A DNA stretch of 64,000 nt from Bacilli bacterium (GTDB taxonomy: Bacteria > Bacillota_I > Bacilli_A > RF39 > UBA660): NCBI GenBank assembly GCA_017397685.1, contig JAFQID010000019.1, positions 9,138 to 73,137 on the forward strand. The letters run 5' to 3'. Below, one piece after another: positions 61,345 to 64,000 of this stretch. Below the pieces are notes generated by a model that saw only the letters and a list, made by a program, of their open reading frames with translations, made no database searches and had not been told where the DNA came from. Numbering within the stretch: the stretch's first letter is position 1; every line of letters begins with the position of its first letter. A program made the position numbers and the translations under genes.

Positions 61345-63249
61345 CTATTTTTCAGACTCATTCTTTTTAGTAGATTTTTTATTATTTTCATTATAATCTT
61401 TTACTATTTGTTCTATTTCTTCTTTTGTAAGTGTTTCTTTTGTTATTAGTGTTTCAGCTAGGATATCTACTAGCTTTTTGTTTGTTTTTAATATTTCTTT
61501 AGATTTTTCATAACAAGAGTTTATTATTTTTCTTACTTGTTCATCTATTTCAAGGGCAACTTGATCAGAGAAGTTTTTAGATGTGTTATAGTCTCTACCA
61601 AGGAATACATTTTCACTTCTATGTTCAAATTGTATTGGACCTAGTTCGCTCATACCGTATTCTGTTACCATACTTCTAGCGATTTTAGTTGCTCTTTTGA
61701 AGTCATCGCTTGCTCCGGTAGATATTTCACCCATAAATAATTCTTCACTTACTCTACCAGATAAAAGTGATACGATTTGTTCTAATAATTCATCTTTTGT
61801 ATATACTAGTGTTTTTTCTTCTTTTGGAAGCATTTGTGTATATCCACCTGCCATACCTCTTGGAATTATTGTTATTTTATGAACTTCTTCTCCTTTTGGA
61901 AGTATAATTCCACTTACTGCATGTCCTGCTTCATGGTATGCAACTATTTTTTTCTCAAAGTCAGTTATTTTTCTACTTGTTTTCGCAGGTCCCATTAATA
62001 CTCTATCACTTGCTTCATCTATTTCTTCCATATCTATTTGATTTTTATTTCTTCTAACAGCTAATAATGCTGCTTCGTTTAGTAAGTTTTCAAGGTCTGC
62101 TCCTGAGTATCCTGGTGTTCTTTGAGCGATATGATTTAGTTTAACATTTTCAGCTAATGTTTTATTTTTTGCATGTACTTTTAGTATTTCTTCTCTTTCT
62201 CTAACATCAGGAATATTTACTGTTACTTGTCTGTCGAATCTTCCTGGTCTAAGTAAAGCTGGGTCAAGTACATCTGGTCTATTTGTAGCGGCGATTATAA
62301 TGATTCCTTCATTTTCACCAAATCCATCCATTTCAGATAGTAATTGGTTTAATGTTTGTTCTCTTTCATCATGTCCACCACCTAAACCTGTTCCACGTTG
62401 TCTACCAACAGCATCAATTTCATCTATAAATATTATACATGGCGCGGTTTGTTTTGCTTGCTTGAACATATCTCTAACACGAGATGCTCCAACACCTACG
62501 AATAGTTCTACAAAGTCAGAACCAGAAATATAGAAGAACGGAACTTTTGCCTCACCTGCGACAGCTTTGGCAAGTAATGTTTTACCAGTTCCTGGAGGAC
62601 CTACTAGAAGAACTCCTTTTGGTATTCTTGCACCCATTTTTGTGAACTTTTTAGGGTTTTTTAAGAAGTCTATTAGTTCTTGTACTTCTTCTTTTTCTTC
62701 TTTTAATCCTGCAACATTAGCAAATGTTACTTTTCCGCCTTCTTCTGACATTTTTGCTTTGCTTCTTCCAAAGTCAAATGTACCTTTTCCATTATTACCT
62801 AGTTTATTAAAAGCCATTATCATTAATCCACCAATTAATATGATTGGGACAAAGTTAAATAGAATTGCTAACCATGTACTATTTTCTGGATTGGTATTAA
62901 CATCTACTTTTACTTCGTTTTCTTCTGCTAGTGTATAAATTGAAGAAATAACAGTATCAGTATATGGAACTGTAAGTTCAAATATTTCTGTTTTTTTGTA
63001 TCCTTCTAATTTACCTGTTATTACATATACACCAGATCCTTCTTTTGGTGTTACAGCTAGCTCTTTTACTTTTTGCTCACTTAAATTGGTTTGTAATTCC
63101 TTTAAACTTATTTCGTTTACTTTTGAATTAAAAGATCCTAAAAATATGAAGCTTACTGAAACTACTATTAATAATAATAGGTATGGCATCATATTCATTG
63201 TTTTTTTTGTATTTCTTTTCATTTTTCCTCCTCTTTCACTTGTACTCAA
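61345..63249 (-). CDS. ftsH: ATP-dependent zinc metalloprotease FtsH
   Basis: AAA Walker A GPPGTGKT; SRH; zinc motif HEAGHA; N-terminal TM pair. Confidence 0.95.
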   Translation of the reverse strand: MSTSERGGKMKRNTKKTMNMMPYLLLLIVVSVSFIFLGSFNSKVNEISLKELQTNLSEQKVKELAVTPKEGSGVYVITGKLEGYKKTEIFELTVPYTDTVISSIYTLAEENEVKVDVNTNPENSTWLAILFNFVPIILIGGLMIMAFNKLGNNGKGTFDFGRSKAKMSEEGGKVTFANVAGLKEEKEEVQELIDFLKNPKKFTKMGARIPKGVLLVGPPGTGKTLLAKAVAGEAKVPFFYISGSDFVELFVGVGASRVRDMFKQAKQTAPCIIFIDEIDAVGRQRGTGLGGGHDEREQTLNQLLSEMDGFGENEGIIIIAATNRPDVLDPALLRPGRFDRQVTVNIPDVREREEILKVHAKNKTLAENVKLNHIAQRTPGYSGADLENLLNEAALLAVRRNKNQIDMEEIDEASDRVLMGPAKTSRKITDFEKKIVAYHEAGHAVSGIILPKGEEVHKITIIPRGMAGGYTQMLPKEEKTLVYTKDELLEQIVSLLSGRVSEELFMGEISTGASDDFKRATKIARSMVTEYGMSELGPIQFEHRSENVFLGRDYNTSKNFSDQVALEIDEQVRKIINSCYEKSKEILKTNKKLVDILAETLITKETLTKEEIEQIVKDYNENNKKSTKKNESEK

Positions 63250-64000
63250 GTATTATATCATACTCTTCATTAAATTCTTTGTCAAATTTTGATTTTTTTA
63301 ATCCTGGTATCCATATTATTTTATTATTTGAATCTAGTACAATTGGCCATTCATTTCTTAAGGTGCCTTTTATTTTTTCATCTATAAATATGTGGCTTAT
63401 TTTTTTTGAACCAAGCATACCTTTCACTTCTATTTTATCTCCATCTTTTCTATTTCTAACGTAAAGTGGAAGTGTTATTTCTTTTGAGTTTAATCTAGTT
63501 ATAAAATTAGATTTAACAGATGAGTCATCTATTTTTTGGATTATTTTGCCGTTTGGAAGTGATACTATATCATGTATTTCAATTTCATATAAGTCATTTG
63601 ATGATTCTTCAAAGTCAAATGATATTAGGTTATATGTTTTTGAAACTATTATATTATTTGGAAGATGTACTAATGTGTTTGCTTTTTGACTTTTTATTAA
63701 GTCAAAAATAAGTTCTACGTGGGCATCAGTTATTATAAGTAAGTCATCTCCATATATTTTTTCTAATATGTTATATATTATTTTTGTTTGTATTATTTTT
63801 TCAAGTAATTCAAACTTTTCGATATCTAAGTAACCTTCTTGAAATACTTTATTAAATACTTTATCAGTTTCTTTATCAATAAATTCACTTGCTTCGATTA
63901 GTGTTTCGTTAAACTTTATGAATTTTTTATGTACATTTTTGTCTTCTTTTTTTAGGAAGGGTACTATCTGTTTTCTATATCTGTTTCTTGTGTACATATC
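63236..64000 (-). CDS. tilS: tRNA(Ile)-lysidine synthetase, C-terminal part (gene continues beyond window end)
   Basis: Position immediately upstream of ftsH and a TilS-like C-terminal domain; the PP-loop N-terminus is outside the window. Confidence 0.5.
   Translation of the reverse strand, partial: DMYTRNRYRKQIVPFLKKEDKNVHKKFIKFNETLIEASEFIDKETDKVFNKVFQEGYLDIEKFELLEKIIQTKIIYNILEKIYGDDLLIITDAHVELIFDLIKSQKANTLVHLPNNIIVSKTYNLISFDFEESSNDLYEIEIHDIVSLPNGKIIQKIDDSSVKSNFITRLNSKEITLPLYVRNRKDGDKIEVKGMLGSKKISHIFIDEKIKGTLRNEWPIVLDSNNKIIWIPGLKKSKFDKEFNEEYDIILEYK

Noticed and set aside
1-64000. Scanned both strands for a CRISPR array (regular 25-40 bp direct repeats with unique spacers)
   Set aside because: No such periodic repeat structure was seen. 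The only repeated intergenic element is the 3-copy box-plus-hairpin unit near tRNA-Trp, which follows ORFs and is not arrayed.
1-64000. Alternative genetic code (TGA=Trp, Mollicutes-like) given the extreme AT content
   Set aside because: Long conserved genes (ftsH, P-type ATPase, PBP, dxr, tsaD) are intact and full-length under the standard code.

Overview
This is a very AT-rich (about 27% GC) Firmicutes-type chromosomal segment from a probable spore-former: it has a CwlJ/SleB-type spore-cortex hydrolase gene, LtaS and a YfhO-like gene. Most of the window is housekeeping: an acyl-CoA ligase, a CaCA antiporter, a DagK-like lipid kinase, a class A PBP, dxr, a PAP2 phosphatase, Ogg, LtaS, a P-type Ca2+-ATPase, dCMP deaminase, a GtrA/GtrB-like pair, and tsaD-rimI-tsaB-ftsH followed by a partial tilS. 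It also carries tRNA-Trp, tRNA-Gly and tRNA-Cys. The main finding is a roughly 6.3 kb insertion at about 20248-26527 that splits an Amidase_3/LysM peptidoglycan amidase gene into an N-terminal fragment (26507-26803) and a C-terminal fragment (19149-20247). The element encodes a large serine recombinase at one end plus anti-phage-type cargo: an ABC-type AAA ATPase translationally coupled to a TOPRIM-like (DUF4276-like) protein (an OLD/PARIS/AbiL/Gabija-GajA-like pair), a NUDIX hydrolase coupled to an SRA-HNH protein that looks like a type IV restriction enzyme, and a small multi-TM protein. The architecture resembles sporulation 'intervening elements' such as skin. Other points of interest: a cassette-like region downstream of tRNA-Trp with three copies of a repeat ending in a terminator-like hairpin; four tandem paralogous two-TM proteins whose ends are conserved and whose middles are divergent; a Cys-rich repeat protein next to a thioredoxin-like protein; an E2-acyltransferase-like protein with a His-to-Glu change, paired with an AMP-ligase; and an abrupt jump to about 50% GC in the first ~200 bp of the window, inside the 3' end of an ORF. 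No CRISPR array and no rRNA were seen.
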